64,000 bases of DNA from the human T2T-CHM13v2.0 reference genome, Homo sapiens. The translations under genes were made by a program, and so were the position numbers. The notes under the pieces were generated by a model, which ran no database searches, had not been told where the DNA came from, and was given only the letters and a program-made list of their open reading frames with translations. The stretch lies in the NCBI RefSeq assembly GCF_009914755.1, contig NC_060930.1, one strand, 5' to 3'. Every line of letters starts with the position of its first letter. Positions within the stretch are counted from its first letter, which is position 1. Below are positions 24,800-38,753 of this stretch, in pieces.

Positions 24800-27650
24800 C
24801 CTGTGAGCCTAGGCAGGGAGGGGACCAGGACCTGACTAGGGTCCCTAATACTCTTGCTTCCAGGCAAGTCCTGCATACACTCCTGCTGCACCGAGGGCTC
24901 CCATCCCTGCCTTGGTCTGTTTCATAGGTGCTCCCCTAACTCTCTGCCACCACTGCCTTACCTGGGTGGAGCTGAGGCCGCCCTGACCAAGAAGAGCGCC
25001 ACCCATCTATGTGCCCCAAAACCAGAAAGTCAAAAGAAACCTTGCAACAGGGTCAGGAACTATCCCACCTCCCCACCTCCGAATCAGTCTGAACTGATGG
25101 CGGGAGATGCTGATGCTTGCTTTATTCATCCTCATTCACTGTGCATTTATTTTTCACTAATTCAGTCCACATCTCCTAGAAGCAGACTGACCCCTACCCT
25201 TCATAATCAGGAAACCCCAGAGCACTTTTTGTCCCCTCCAGAATATAACACTTCAGCTCTGCATCATCACATGAGGGCTCCAACTCTGTAGGGCAGGTGT
25301 ACTCTCACAGCTTCAGGCCCTGAACATTTGCTTCAGATGTACCCCCATCCCTTCCCAGACCTGTCTGTGTTGCTCTGAATCTGTCCTTCCCTGAGAACCG
25401 ATGGGGAGATATCAGGGAGGAGGGGAGATTTCTTTGTGCTATGTCAATGCATCTAGACAGAGCTCTCATTCTCCCTTGAACCTCAACTCTATCCCTTCCC
25501 AGACACTTGAAATAAAACACAGACCAGAAATGTCTATTTAGAAGCTAAATATCTATAGTATAAAATATGAAGACAGAGTAGAATGGGGTAATGCAGGAGA
25601 GTGTGACAGGGCAAGGGGACCTCAACGTGCCAGGAAAGTTGGTCCTTGGCTCCCCTGGAGGAGCCGTCACCAGGACACTCACTCATAAAGCTCACCTGTG
25701 ATAATACAATTACATGACATTTAATGTATTAAAATATAATAAAATCATAACAAAATAACAAAAATAATATGGCACAGCTGCAAACACCTCATATATACTA
25801 ACAATTTTCATCCACCCAACCACAAGAAATAAATGCTGTTACATTCCCTATTTCATAGATGAGAAAGCTGAGCCAGCAAGAGAAAAAGTGCTGGTGAGAC
25901 CTGGGCAGGGCGTTCAATCCAGGCCGCCTGGCTGCAGAGTGTAGGTGCCCTCAGTAGAGCCAGTGGACCTGCGAGCTGACAGCGGAGACTGAAATCCCGG
26001 CTGTGCACTGCCCTGGTGTTCTCCTGTCTGAGTCAGGTGTTGATCTGGGCCTTGCAGACTCATGTGCTCTGGAGAAAAGAGAAAAAATAGTAAGTGCTCC
26101 CCTGGGTGCACAGTGCTGCTTTTTACTCCCTGAGGACTTCTCCCTCCTCAGTCAGTCCCAAATCAGATTCACCCTTTCTCCGAGGGAAGATGACGTCTGC
26201 ACTTTTTTCTCCCTCCCATGGCACTTTTCCCAGCCCCTGCCAGTCCCCTCCCATGACTCCATCAACATCAGCCCCTGCCCTGTGCCCACCACCCACCAAG
26301 CAAGGAGGAAAAGAGCCCCAGGACCAAAGGACAAGACCTGGGAAAAACCCAGTGCCCTCCCCTCCTCTCAAGCCTGGCCAGCTCTGACAGTGGGAGGACT
26401 CCCCAAAGAGAGGCTCTGGCCCTGGCTCCATGTCCTTCCAGGCCTGGGCTGGGTCACACGCACAGTCCTTCTCTCCCTCAGTCCCCAGTCCCACCTCACC
26501 TGTAGAGACACCTGCACACAAGGGCAGGCCCTAAACACTGTGGTTCTGCCCTCCACCTGCAGCTCAGTGCTCCTCCACTTCCAGCCCTGAGCAGGCAGCT
26601 CCTAACTGGGAAGCCCATTAAGAATCCCATCAGCACGGCAGGCCCAGCATGGAAACATGTAGCTGCTATGGGGTCTGCAGCTGACCTGACCCTGGGAACC
26701 CCCTTGCTCAAGGAGGCCCTGCCTACCCTGACCCCCAGGCCCATGACCTGCACTTGGGCCAAGCTTGCTCCAGCCTGGTCCACTCATCCCTGGAAGCACA
26801 GCTTCTCCCCAGGGCTGCTGCTTGGGGAGGCTGAAAGGCCTTTCTCTCCTGTTCCTAGCAGGGATTCCTAGCAGGGATTCCACCCAAGCCACTGCCCTCA
26901 CAGCCCATAGGGGATCTTCTTCTCCCTGTGGAGTAGAAAGTTTCTTGAGACCCCTCAGCCTGAGGCTGCCTCTGCCCACCCTTTGCACTTGGGGATTGCC
27001 ACTGCCACAGCCACCGTCTCCCACATGGACCGTCCTGGAGAGGGAGCTCCACATTTGAGTTCCTGTTTCATTTGATATGCATTACAACATTAGTATTGGT
27101 GGAAATCCTTTTAAGACCCAGCTGAAACTACGAACATCTTTATTGGACATCAGCATTTAAAGCAGGAATTTTGAGAAATTAGCACATAACTTTCTCACCC
27201 CTTTCCTGGCCAATGCCCCAGTAACCTACAAGGCAACCGTTCCCGCCCACGGGGAACCAGAACTGACAATCCCTCTTCAGGAGACACCACAGGTGAGAGC
27301 AGGAGCGACCACAGACCTGCACTGCCCCTGCTGTGGGTGCCTCCTGGACAGGGCCCTCTTGCTGCAGGGCAGGGGATGAACCATCCCATCTGCCCAGGCC
27401 TGAGGGGCCAACTGACAGTGCAATTAGGTTCAAGGATGAGAAATCACCACCCCCTGCCAGATACACAGAAGTGGGGAAATGGCAGAAAGACTCGGGTTTC
27501 CCAGACACTCCAGGCTCTCAGTGTCTCCTGCACTGTCTCTGTCTTTGCAGAAACACAAAACTTGCTGCTTGCTCTTTTCCCCTCCCTTCAAACAACCTGA
27601 CTGTGCGGGAAATCATCCTGACCATCTCTCACTCCAAACTCAGGTAGTGC
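24800..27650 (-). pseudogene. MICF: MIC pseudogene remnant (3' part of intron 5, exon 6 at 26068-25941, 3' flank)
   Basis: Minus strand: polypyrimidine tract and AG (26070-69), then EHMSLQGPDQH...AQPGFQSPLSARRSTGSTEGT, homologous to the MICA/B tail. The stop TAG has become TAC. Position between HLA-G and HLA-H fits MICF. Outer limits approximate. Confidence 0.8.
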
Positions 27651-28305
27651 TTATTCTTTCAAAGGTATTTTGTGACTGTGCAAGCAAATATAAATGTATA
27701 TGTATATGTTCTTTCTCCCTTTGCACACAAATTTTAGCAAACTATATATGCTTTTCTGTACCTTGCTGTTTTCCCTTACCATTGTATCATGGAGACCATC
27801 CCATGAAGAAATATCAAGAACTACACTATGTCTTTCTTTTTTTTGTTCAAAATTTTCTTGGCAATCCATTGTATAGGTGTGCATTTTTTTAAATAGAGAT
27901 TACCCTTTTTGAATGCAATGCTTTTTAACCAGCTCCCTGCTGATAGGCATTTGGATTATTTCTTTCAGAGAACAATTTGACATCATGTAGCATCATTTGG
28001 GAAGGGTGCAGTGACCCCACTCCTACATGCATATCCTAGGGGAGCTCATGTATTCTTGGAACCAGAAAGCAATGTCCCAGCATGTTCATTGCAGCAGTGT
28101 CTTTAATAGAGACTATGTAGAGGTCAATGAAGTGGGGAAGAGATAAATTGTAGCATATTCCTTCCATGGAATACTATCTAGCAATGAAAACAAATGAACT
28201 ATTTGTGTGAACATTGATCCATGTCATAGACCATGTTAACGGAAAAAGCAAGCAAATGCATAACAAAATCAGCAAGAAACAATTTATAAAAAGTCTAAAA
28301 GTAAA

Positions 28306-28613
28306 GCCAGGCAAGGGGGCCTATACCCGTAATCCTAGCATCTTGGGAGGCCAAGGTGGGCAGATTGCTTGACCCCAGACGTTCCAGACAAGTCTGGGAA
28401 ACATGATAAATCCCTTTCTCTACAAAAAATACAGAAATTAGCCAGGCATGGTGGCGTGAACCTCTAATCCCAGCTACTCAAGAGGCCTAGAAGGGAGGAA
28501 TTGCTTAAGCCTGGCAGGTAGAGGCTGAAGTGAGTTGTGTTTGTGCCACTGCATTTCAGTCCAGGTGACAAAGTGAAACCATGTTAAAAACAAACAAACA
28601 AACAAACAAAAAC
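28306..28613 (+). mobile_element. Alu (AluJ-type) with (CAAA)n tail
   Basis: Diverged dimer. Confidence 0.88.
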
Positions 28614-30318
28614 AAGAGACTTTTTAAAACTTAGTAAGAATATAGGGGCATACAGCAAATTCAAGACACACATTCACCAACAGTTCTTGCTTTGCTCAGT
28701 ACAGTATTGACTGAAACACATGCATATCAGAACTGTGGAAAATCAGGGCTATCTACATATGTTTCTGTTATTTTCTATGTATACTACATACAGCCAATAA
28801 TATTAAAATGTCACAAATTGACAAACCTGGATGGCAGCTTCACAAAGATTTCTTATAATTCTCTATTTTTTCTTCTAGCTAGAACTACCTTATAATAAAA
28901 TTTGTGAAGTGAATCCACAGAAATTGAGCAAAATAAAAAGGAGTCGTTGAGTGTGAGGAAAGCTGCAAAGAAGTAAAGACAGGTGGAGACATGACAATAC
29001 TGAGCATGTTAGTGACCTTCACAGTAACTGACTTCCTGGAGGAGTGTGAGCTTAAGCCAGAATGAAGTGATAGACCGTGAAAGACGGATGAAGGAGTAGC
29101 AGCTTCTGGAGGCAAACATGGTGTGTGGTTGGCTGGATTGGGATATGTGGAGGGACTCTGAACATTCTGCTTTAGGTCCAGCACTAGAGAAAGAGGACTC
29201 ATCTTTATTTAGCACCTTCCACAATCTGTAGAGAAATCTGAAACATTGCAAAAGAAGATATATGAATGGCCAGTTCAGGGAAAAATGCAAAGTAAAACCA
29301 CAGTGAGAAACCACTAAGCAACCATTAGAATGGCTAAAATTAAAATGATTAATAACTATAAATGCTAGCAAGGATGTGGAACAATCTGTACTCTCCTCCA
29401 TTGCCTATAGGAATATAAAACATCCATTTTGAAAATCAATTTCATATCATCTAATAAAGTTAAACAAGCTAGTCCTCTACAGCTACCATTTCCACTCCTA
29501 GGTATATACTCAAGAGAAATGAAGATTTTGTCAATAATCCCTGCATAAAAATGTTCATAGTTTCTTTATTTATAATAGTAAAAAATAAGAAATAACTGCC
29601 AATTTACAAAAATCATGATTCAATCATACAATGGAATATTATCAGCAATGAAAATGAAAGAACTACTGATACGTGCACCAACATGGGTTGATCACATAGG
29701 TATTACAACAAGCGCAAAAAGCCAGATACAAGGGAGGCCATATGGGATGAGTAGATTTGTATGAAGTTTTAAAACAGGAAGAACTGTGCTATCCTGATAG
29801 CCGTCAGATCAATGGCTGCTGGAGGCATGGAAGCTGAGTTGAAGGGAGAAAAAGGGATCTTTGTGTACATTGATAGTGGCAAGAGTAATATGCTGCATTT
29901 GTCAAAATTCATTGATAAATTTGATGAAGATCTGATTATTTTGGTATATGTACATTTTATAAGTTTAAAAATCTTATAATAAAAATCATAATGTTGCTGA
30001 TAAAAATAATAATTAAAAATATTAGCAACAAAATCCAACAGTATACCAAAAGAATAATACACCATGATATGTCCATATATGGCAAACACAGAGCTAACAT
30101 TATACTGAATAGGGACAAGCTTATAGCCTCTCCTCCAAGATCTCGAAGAAGGCTAAGACTCCCACTTTCATCACTTTTATTCTACACAGCACTAGAAGTC
30201 CTAGCAAGAGCAATCAGCCAAGAGGAGGAAATAAAGGGCATCCAAATTGGAAAGGAGAAAGCCAACTTAGCCTTATTCGCAAATGGCATAATCTTTTACT
30301 TAGAAAAAACTAAATATT

Positions 30319-30671
<353 letters not shown>

Positions 30672-30883
30672 TCAGTAAAATTACAGAATACAAAATCAAT
30701 GTGCAAACTTTCAGAGCATTTATATATACAAGCACCATATAATCTGAAGAAGAAATCAAGAAAGCAAAACTATTTACAAATCATAAAGAGGATAAAATAA
30801 CTAAGAATCAATTTACCCCAGGAAGTAAAACAAAAACTATAAGGCACTGATGAAGGAAATTGAAGAGTACACAAAACTGGAAG

Positions 30884-31015
30884 AGCCAGGCACAGTGGCA
30901 CATACCTGTAATCCTGGCACTTTGGGATGATGAGACAGGAGAATTGTTTGAGCCTGGGAGTTCAAGACTAGCCTGGGAAACATAGTGAGACCTTGTCTCT
31001 AAGAAAAAAAATAAA
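30884..31015 (+). mobile_element. Alu left monomer (FLAM-like)
   Basis: Single arm plus A tail. Confidence 0.8.
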
Positions 31016-32688
31016 ACACATAAATTGGGAGAATTAATATTGTTAAATATTAATTTTAAAAATGAGACACATAAATTTCATGCACATAAATTGGGAGAAT
31101 ATTGTTAAAATGTTCATACTACCCAAAGCAATTTACAGATTCAATTCAATCCCTATCAAAATACCAATATCATTATTCACAGAAATAGAAAAAATCGTGA
31201 AATTCATATGGAATCGTAAAATATCCCAAATAGCCAAAGCAATCATGAGCAAGAAGAACAAAGCTAGAGGCATCACACTTACTGAATTCAGGATACAATA
31301 TAAAGTTATAGTAACCAAATCAGCATGGTGCTAGCATAAAAACAGACACATAGACTAATGGAATACAAAAGAGAACTCACAATAAATCCATGCATTGATA
31401 GCCAACTCATTTTTGGTAAAGGAACTGAGAATATACAATGGAGAAAGAACAAAAGCAACAATGGAGAATAAATGGAGCTGGGAAAATGCTACCAGATGCA
31501 GAAGAATACCACTAGAACCGTCTCTCACCATATACAGAAATCAACTCAAAATGGATTAAAGATTTAAATGTAAGTCCCAAAACTATAAAACTACTAGAAG
31601 AATGCTTACAGGAAACACTCCAGACATGGGTCTAGGCAAAGACTTTATGGCTAAGACCTCAAAAGCACAGGCAACAAAAATAAAATAGACAAGTGGGACT
31701 ATATTAAACTAAATAGCTTCAGCACAGCAAATGAAACAATCAACAGAATGAAGAGGCAACCTGTTGAATAGAGAAAATATTTGCTATGTATTCATCCAAC
31801 AAGGAACTAACATCTAGAATATACAAGGAACTTAAAAAACTCAGCAGTAAAAATACAAATAATCCAATTAAAAAATGGACAAAGTGTCTGAATAGATGTT
31901 TCTCAAAAGGAGACATACAAATGGTCAACAGGTATACGAAAAACACTCAACCTTATTAAATATCAGGAAAATGCAAATCAAAACTATAATGAAATATCAT
32001 CTTATCCTATTTAGAATGGCTACTAATAGGAAATAAAAAATAATGGATAGTGGTGAGCATGTGGAGAAATGGGAACTGTTGTACACTCTTGGGAAAGTAA
32101 GTACAGCAATTATGGAAATCAGTATAATGATTTCTCAAAAAACAAAAAATAGAACTACTATTGGATCCAACAACTCCACTCATGGGTATTTATATAAAGG
32201 AAAAGAAATCAATATATCAAAAGACTACCTGCACCCCCAGGTTTATTGAAGCACTATTCACAGTAGCGAAGTTATTAAATCAATGGGTGAATTCATCAAT
32301 GGGTGAATGAATAAATGGTGGTATATATATATACACAATGGAATGCAATTCAGCCATAAAAAAGAATGAAATCCTGTCAGTTGCAGAAACATGGATGTAA
32401 CCAAAGGTCATTACGTTAGGTGAAATAAGCCAAGCAAGGAAAGACAAATACCACATGTTGTCACTAATATGTGCGAGCCAAAAAGGTTAATCTTAGGGAG
32501 GTAGAGAGAGTAGAAAGACAGTTCCCAGAAACTGGGAAGAATGTAGGGGTGGGAAAATATAGAGATGCAGGTTAATGGATGCAAATGTCCAATTATATAA
32601 AGAAAATAAGTTCTAATGTTTGATAGCACAGCAGACTGACTAAAGTTAACAAAAATGTATATTTCAAAATAGCTATAAGAGTGGATTT

Positions 32689-33063
<375 letters not shown>

Positions 33064-33603
33064 CTAAATATCTTGACTGATACACACATTCTATGCATGT
33101 ATCAAAATGTCACATGTATCCTATAAATATGTACAAATATTATGTACCAATTTTAAAAAATTTAAAAAATAAACAACACAATATGGGGCATTTAAAAAGG
33201 TACAAAAATTATGAGCATGATAAAAATTTGGCAAATATTTTCCTTTTTATTAAGATCTTTTTCATTCCATAAGTTTAAGGAGAATAAAGCCCATAAAGCA
33301 TCAGAAGAAGTTGCTCTCCTGAAAGAGACTCTTCTGCTCAGTTAAAAAGACAGAAACAGAATCACTGGAGTGAGTAGGACTTTGGATAACTGCACAGCAC
33401 CATGTCTTAGTGTCTGGGATTACACAGACTTAGGGAGGAGGCCTCACCTTCCGGGAAGAACTAAACTTTGGTTCTCTTTCTTGTTTTTTCTATTGCAAGA
33501 CCAAAATTTTAGAAAACCAAGAGAAAGATTTCAGCCAAAGGGATGTACTGTCTATTACTCTCTTTTATTTTTTAGAATATCCATTGTCAAAGACGATCCA
33601 GAC

Positions 33604-33835
33604 TGTTACAAGAGGAATTGTGTTCCTACGCCACCAAAATCCACATGTTGAAGCCCTATGTTGAGAAGGCAGAAGAAGTGGCCATCTACAAGCAAAGGAA
33701 AGAGGCCTCAGAAGAGATCAACCCTGCAGCACCTTGACCTTGCACTTGTGGCCTCTGGAACTGTGAGACAACACATATTTATTATTTAAGTCACCCAGCC
33801 TTTGGTACTTTGTTATGGCAGCCCTAGCAAATTAA
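33604..33835. mobile_element. MLT1 LTR fragment (internally deleted)
   Basis: GAACTGTGAGA...TTTAAGTCACCCAG...TTTGTTATGGCAGCCCTAGCAAA. Confidence 0.7.
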
Positions 33836-36446
33836 AACAGAAATATTACCTTTTCTACCTTGTCCTATGTATGAACATGAGATTTTTTTAGGAGTATGAA
33901 TTACCTGAGATTTCAAAAGATAGAGTGAGGCAATTGAAAATAGATGATATAGGGTCATTTCCAAGCCTCTGAGTGTCCCCTGGCCACCACAGAAAAATGA
34001 AGATGTTCCCATTCCCTTTCAGTTTCACACAAAGCAAAAGTTGTAGACCTAAACTGACATAGAATCGCCAACTGCATTAATTTATTTGAGATAATGAGGG
34101 AGCTAGTTTTGCCCAAATTTCACAGAAAGACGATGAACAAGTAGTAAGCTAAAGAGGCTTCTTTTGCAGGGGATTGCAGGTATTATATGTTTTTCTCCTA
34201 CTTTTAAGATACATTTTCCTAAAAGGTTTTGTCTAGGAGTAAATGTCATCACTTTGCTTTTTTTCCTCCCAATTGAATCACTGGTTCCTCCCTGCATTTC
34301 AGTAATGTTGCTAGCATGGAGGTGTTTGTCCATGATTCACAGATGATTCAAAGAGCAGAGAGCTTCTCCTGAGGTCACACAGCACGTAAGCGGTGGAACA
34401 ATGGCAGGCACGTGACTCTCTAGGCCCCTAGTCCAGTTTTCTGGGTTCTATGAGAATTATAGCCCTTGGTTTCTGTTACATGTGGTTCTCTTTTGAGCCA
34501 GAGAAGGAGGACGCACAGTGAGAAGAAAGTGCCGGAGCCCCAAGTCCTGGCTTAGATTTACTGGGCTGGGGCATGGAGAGAGAGGCTGCCACTGATTCTC
34601 TTAACTCCAGCTTCTATTACCAGTCACTAAGCTGAAAGCAGGAAAGTTTATCTTCTGCACTTGGTCCATCAGAACCAAGATGGCAGAAAGCCCCACTATC
34701 TACCATGGAAAAGACAAGGGTCCCTCTTACCTTGAACCATGACCCAGCTTTCTAACTACATATGTTTTTCTGCACATGTAGCTATTTTTCTTCTCATCAA
34801 GCTCCAGTACTCACAGTGCAAACACAGGAGATACTGAGCCTGATGCTCTGATGGAAGCTCTGAGTTGAGATTTTATTTTATACTTAGGTGCCTCTGAATC
34901 ATTAGAGTTTTTTGCCTGACTCCACTCTGGCCCCATTTCAATCAAGGTCTATATGCTCTGGGACCTCTCCAGGTTCTCATCAGAAATGAAAAAAAAAAAA
35001 AAAAGCCATGTCCAGCTCCTGGGTCCTCCCTGATAGCCGTGAGAGGCAGCTCCTAATGGGAGAGAGCCTTGGGGTGACCAAGGCCTCACAGACTTCATTA
35101 TTCCTGGACCACATGGCTCCAGCCTCCTGATCACAATGGATCAGTGGTCTTAGATTCCGCTCCAATATTTGAAGTTTTTTGTTCTTCGGCCTCAGCAAAT
35201 GCTCTCTGGTTGAGATGAAGGGAAAAGACACAGAGACGCAAAAGCTGTGACTGCATGGAACTCTGTCCAAGGTACCTCCCGGTGTTCTCTTACTTATGTT
35301 AGCCATGTCCTCATGAATTTAGTGAAATGGGCATGTTGTCTCTGAGTGGAAGTGAGGGGACACCACTGGGCAGAGCTCAATCGAAGGGTGGCTGGTGTCC
35401 TCTATACCATTTATCTACACATATTGGGGTTTTTCTAGCATGAAATGTCCCAGAGGCAGCCAAACCCGAAGCTTGGCTCCTCCAAGGAATGAGTGTGAGT
35501 ATCATAGCCCTGGCCAATGAGCACTGAACTCTAGAGAGACCAAGAGACCTTCTAAATATTGGGACACTTTAGTTCTGAATCCCAGAAGTTGGCTTCTTGC
35601 CTGGGAGGCAGGTGTCACTGCATCTGATCCAAAAAAGCAGCCCCATAGCTCAAGATGCTCTTCTGGATTTCTGCCTCTTCCTGGTTCCTGGCCAAGCAAA
35701 TCTTCACTGCTTTGCTAGCCCATCTATAAATTCAACCAGACTTTTCAAATATGTATTTTCCTCCCATTTTTCCAGTTGTAGTCAATGGGAGAAGTGGTCC
35801 AAATGACCTAATCAGCAATTGCTGGAAACCAAAGTAACAGTATACAATTCTATGTGTTAATATCATATACCAAGAGAGAAAATGTATAGATATCAGTAGT
35901 AGCCATTTAAGCACTGTAATAATATCTATCTATATCCCATGAGTATAATATATATAAATAAATGATAACAAGAAAATAATCTTTATGTGTAATACGTGAC
36001 TATGACTCTGACAGACAAACCTGAGAGCATAGTACGACGACACTTATCACCTTCACTCATGAGCCAGATAGTGTGAAATGAGAAGCAGAGATTTGAAATG
36101 TGTTGCAAAACTCTCTCAAAGAAAGTAGAGTAATATTTTTCGTGAGCAAATCAAAGCAATCTCCTCACAAATCACATTGGACTTATAATGTGTGGGATGT
36201 GTCTTTATTAAAATGGAGGTAATCCTAGGTATGTGGTCTTTTTTACATGAACCGTACTGTCACTGGCTCACTAGCTGTCACTTCACCAACAATCGTTCCA
36301 TTTAATAAAAGGGAGATCCCCCCATGGGCCAGCATTTCCCAGGTGGAGGCCTCTTGCAGACATAATCTTCCAACAGAGAATTTCCCTGGGAACCTAGAAA
36401 GAAGAGAAGAGGCTCAAGCAAAAAGGATGAAAGAAATAGCAACAAC

Positions 36447-36764
<318 letters not shown>

Positions 36765-37419
36765 TCATACACTGTCATGGTGCTATGTGTTAATCTGTGT
36801 CCTTAGCACTTTCAAAATATGAATTCATTTAATTGTCACGATACAACTATGGGGTGTGCCTGCTAATTTTCCGTTTTCAGGTGATACAATAGGAAAGAAG
36901 GTCGCCTACAAGTCGTGGTGGAGCTGGGCTTGCACGCAGACAATCCTGCCCCAGGGCCATGCTCACATCTCTGCACTATCCAGAATGTGAGGGTGGGTGG
37001 AGAGTCCAGCTCAGGGAGAGTGATTGGAGAGACAGAATAATAAGAAGAGTGGGCAGACTGGATCACTCTGATGGTTCTGGGGCTTCTCTTCCAGGAGAGA
37101 AGAAGACAAAAATTATGTCACCATCAAGGAAAGTATCCAAAGTCTCTGGCTTAAACCTGGGCGTCTCCAGCTCTGGGACAGGTGGCTGGGCAGGGAAGAC
37201 AAACTAAGGCAAGGGCCCAGCTCGGAAGAGTTTCCTTTCCTGAGAATTCTGCAGGAGTTTCCCTGACCTCATGGCCACCTCTCATACTTTGCTCTTGTTT
37301 TTTCCCCAGGGCCGATGAGGGCGTCGTATCTGGTTTCCAGTGGGGTCTAAAGACGCCATCAGAGTGAGTGGAGATTGGGCTTCATAAAGTGGGAGATCTC
37401 CAGGATCCTTCCTGGAATC

Positions 37420-37960
37420 CAAGATTCCCAGAGAAGCCGGATCCCGCGTCCCGGAACCCAACTCCTGCTGCTCTATGAGCCCTGACCTTGGGGAGAACTG
37501 GGCTAGTGAGGAGAGGATCAAGATGAACTGGGCTGGGGAGGCAGGAGGTAAAGGGCGGCCTGGAGAGCTCAGCAGCTCCTCCCACGGCGCTTCTGCCCCG
37601 GTCTAGGGTCTGCAGACTCCTCAGGTCATATCTCCAAGTACGCCGCCCCACGCCACCCTCCCGTGGTCCCTGTCCCTCTGTCCCCTCCCCAGCTCCCCCT
37701 ACACCGTAAGAAGCTCCCAGGTAAGCGGCTCCAGGGCCGGGCGGTAGGCAGGAGGGAGCCCGGGAGGCTGGGTCCCCGCGGGGAGGCGGAGAGAGCGCGT
37801 CAGGGAGACAGGGAGCGGGCGGGGTCCCTCTCCCGCTCTCAAGGTGCCGGTTCCCGGGGCCCAGGCTCGCACTCCCGGGTACTTGGAGGCCAGGGGAGAG
37901 GGAGGACTGTGGCAGGTGAGGCAAGGAGCTGTCTGAGCCGCTCAGCAGCCTCCAGGAGTC
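37420..37960. promoter_or_regulatory. Orphan CpG/GC-rich segment
   Basis: Dense CpG and GC boxes (GGGCGG), plus donor-like CAG|GTAAG (~37718) and CAG|GTGAG (~37913). No recognisable protein. Confidence 0.45.
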
Positions 37961-38409
37961 AGCTCTCTCCAGGCCTGTCTTCACTCCAGTGCCTGGTCCT
38001 GCCCAGGCCCCCACTCCCACTCTGCTCTCAACCTGGCCCCAGACAGGATCCCAAACAACTCCTGTTCCTAATGTGAAAAATGTTTCTGCCGCTTTAGGCA
38101 GAACTTGCTTTAGAGCACTGGCGCAGACTTCCGCAGGTCTTGTGTCTGAATTTCTTGGCACTGTGTCTTTTCTCACTTATTCTTCTGCAAGGAAGGAATT
38201 ATATCACTGGTTGGATGAGACAATTGGCTCAGATGGGTTCATTGAGCACTCACCCACTGGGCAAGTGTCCGTCGGGGCCAGCTCTGGGCCAGATGTGCCC
38301 AAGGCTTTATAGCTAGTTGGTGGAAAGGCCTGGAGGGTTCATATTCAAGTCCACCTGACTTGAAAACTCATATTGACCTTACTTAAGTACTGATTCCCCC
38401 TTTATAATC

Positions 38410-38753
38410 CATGCCATAAACTTCATTGTCTTATTTTAAGAAATTGCCACAGCAGCCTTTAGCAACCACCCTCTTGAACAGCTGGCAGTCATCAACATTG
38501 AGGCAAGACCCTGCCCAGCAAAAAGATTAAAATTAGCTGAAGCCTCAGACGACCGTTAGCATTTTTTAGCAATAGAGTAATTTTAAATTAAGGTATGTAC
38601 ATAGTTCTTTCATACATAATGCTATTGTATACTTAATAGGCTACAGTAGAGTGTGAATATAACTTTTATATGTACTGGAAAAACAAAAATTTGTGTGACT
38701 TGTTTGTTGCCATGGTCTGAAACCAAATCTGCAGTATCTCTGAGGTACGTCTG
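38410..38753 (+). mobile_element. Tigger1 3' end
   Basis: Ends ...ATCTCTGAGGTACGTCTG then TA; internal CAACATTGAGGCAAGACCCT...CCAGCAAAAAGATTA matches recalled Tigger1. Confidence 0.75.

Noticed and set aside
37382-38176. 264-aa minus-strand ORF as a novel gene
   Set aside because: Low-complexity P/G/S/R composition expected from GC-rich DNA, no canonical ATG start evident, no recognisable domain.
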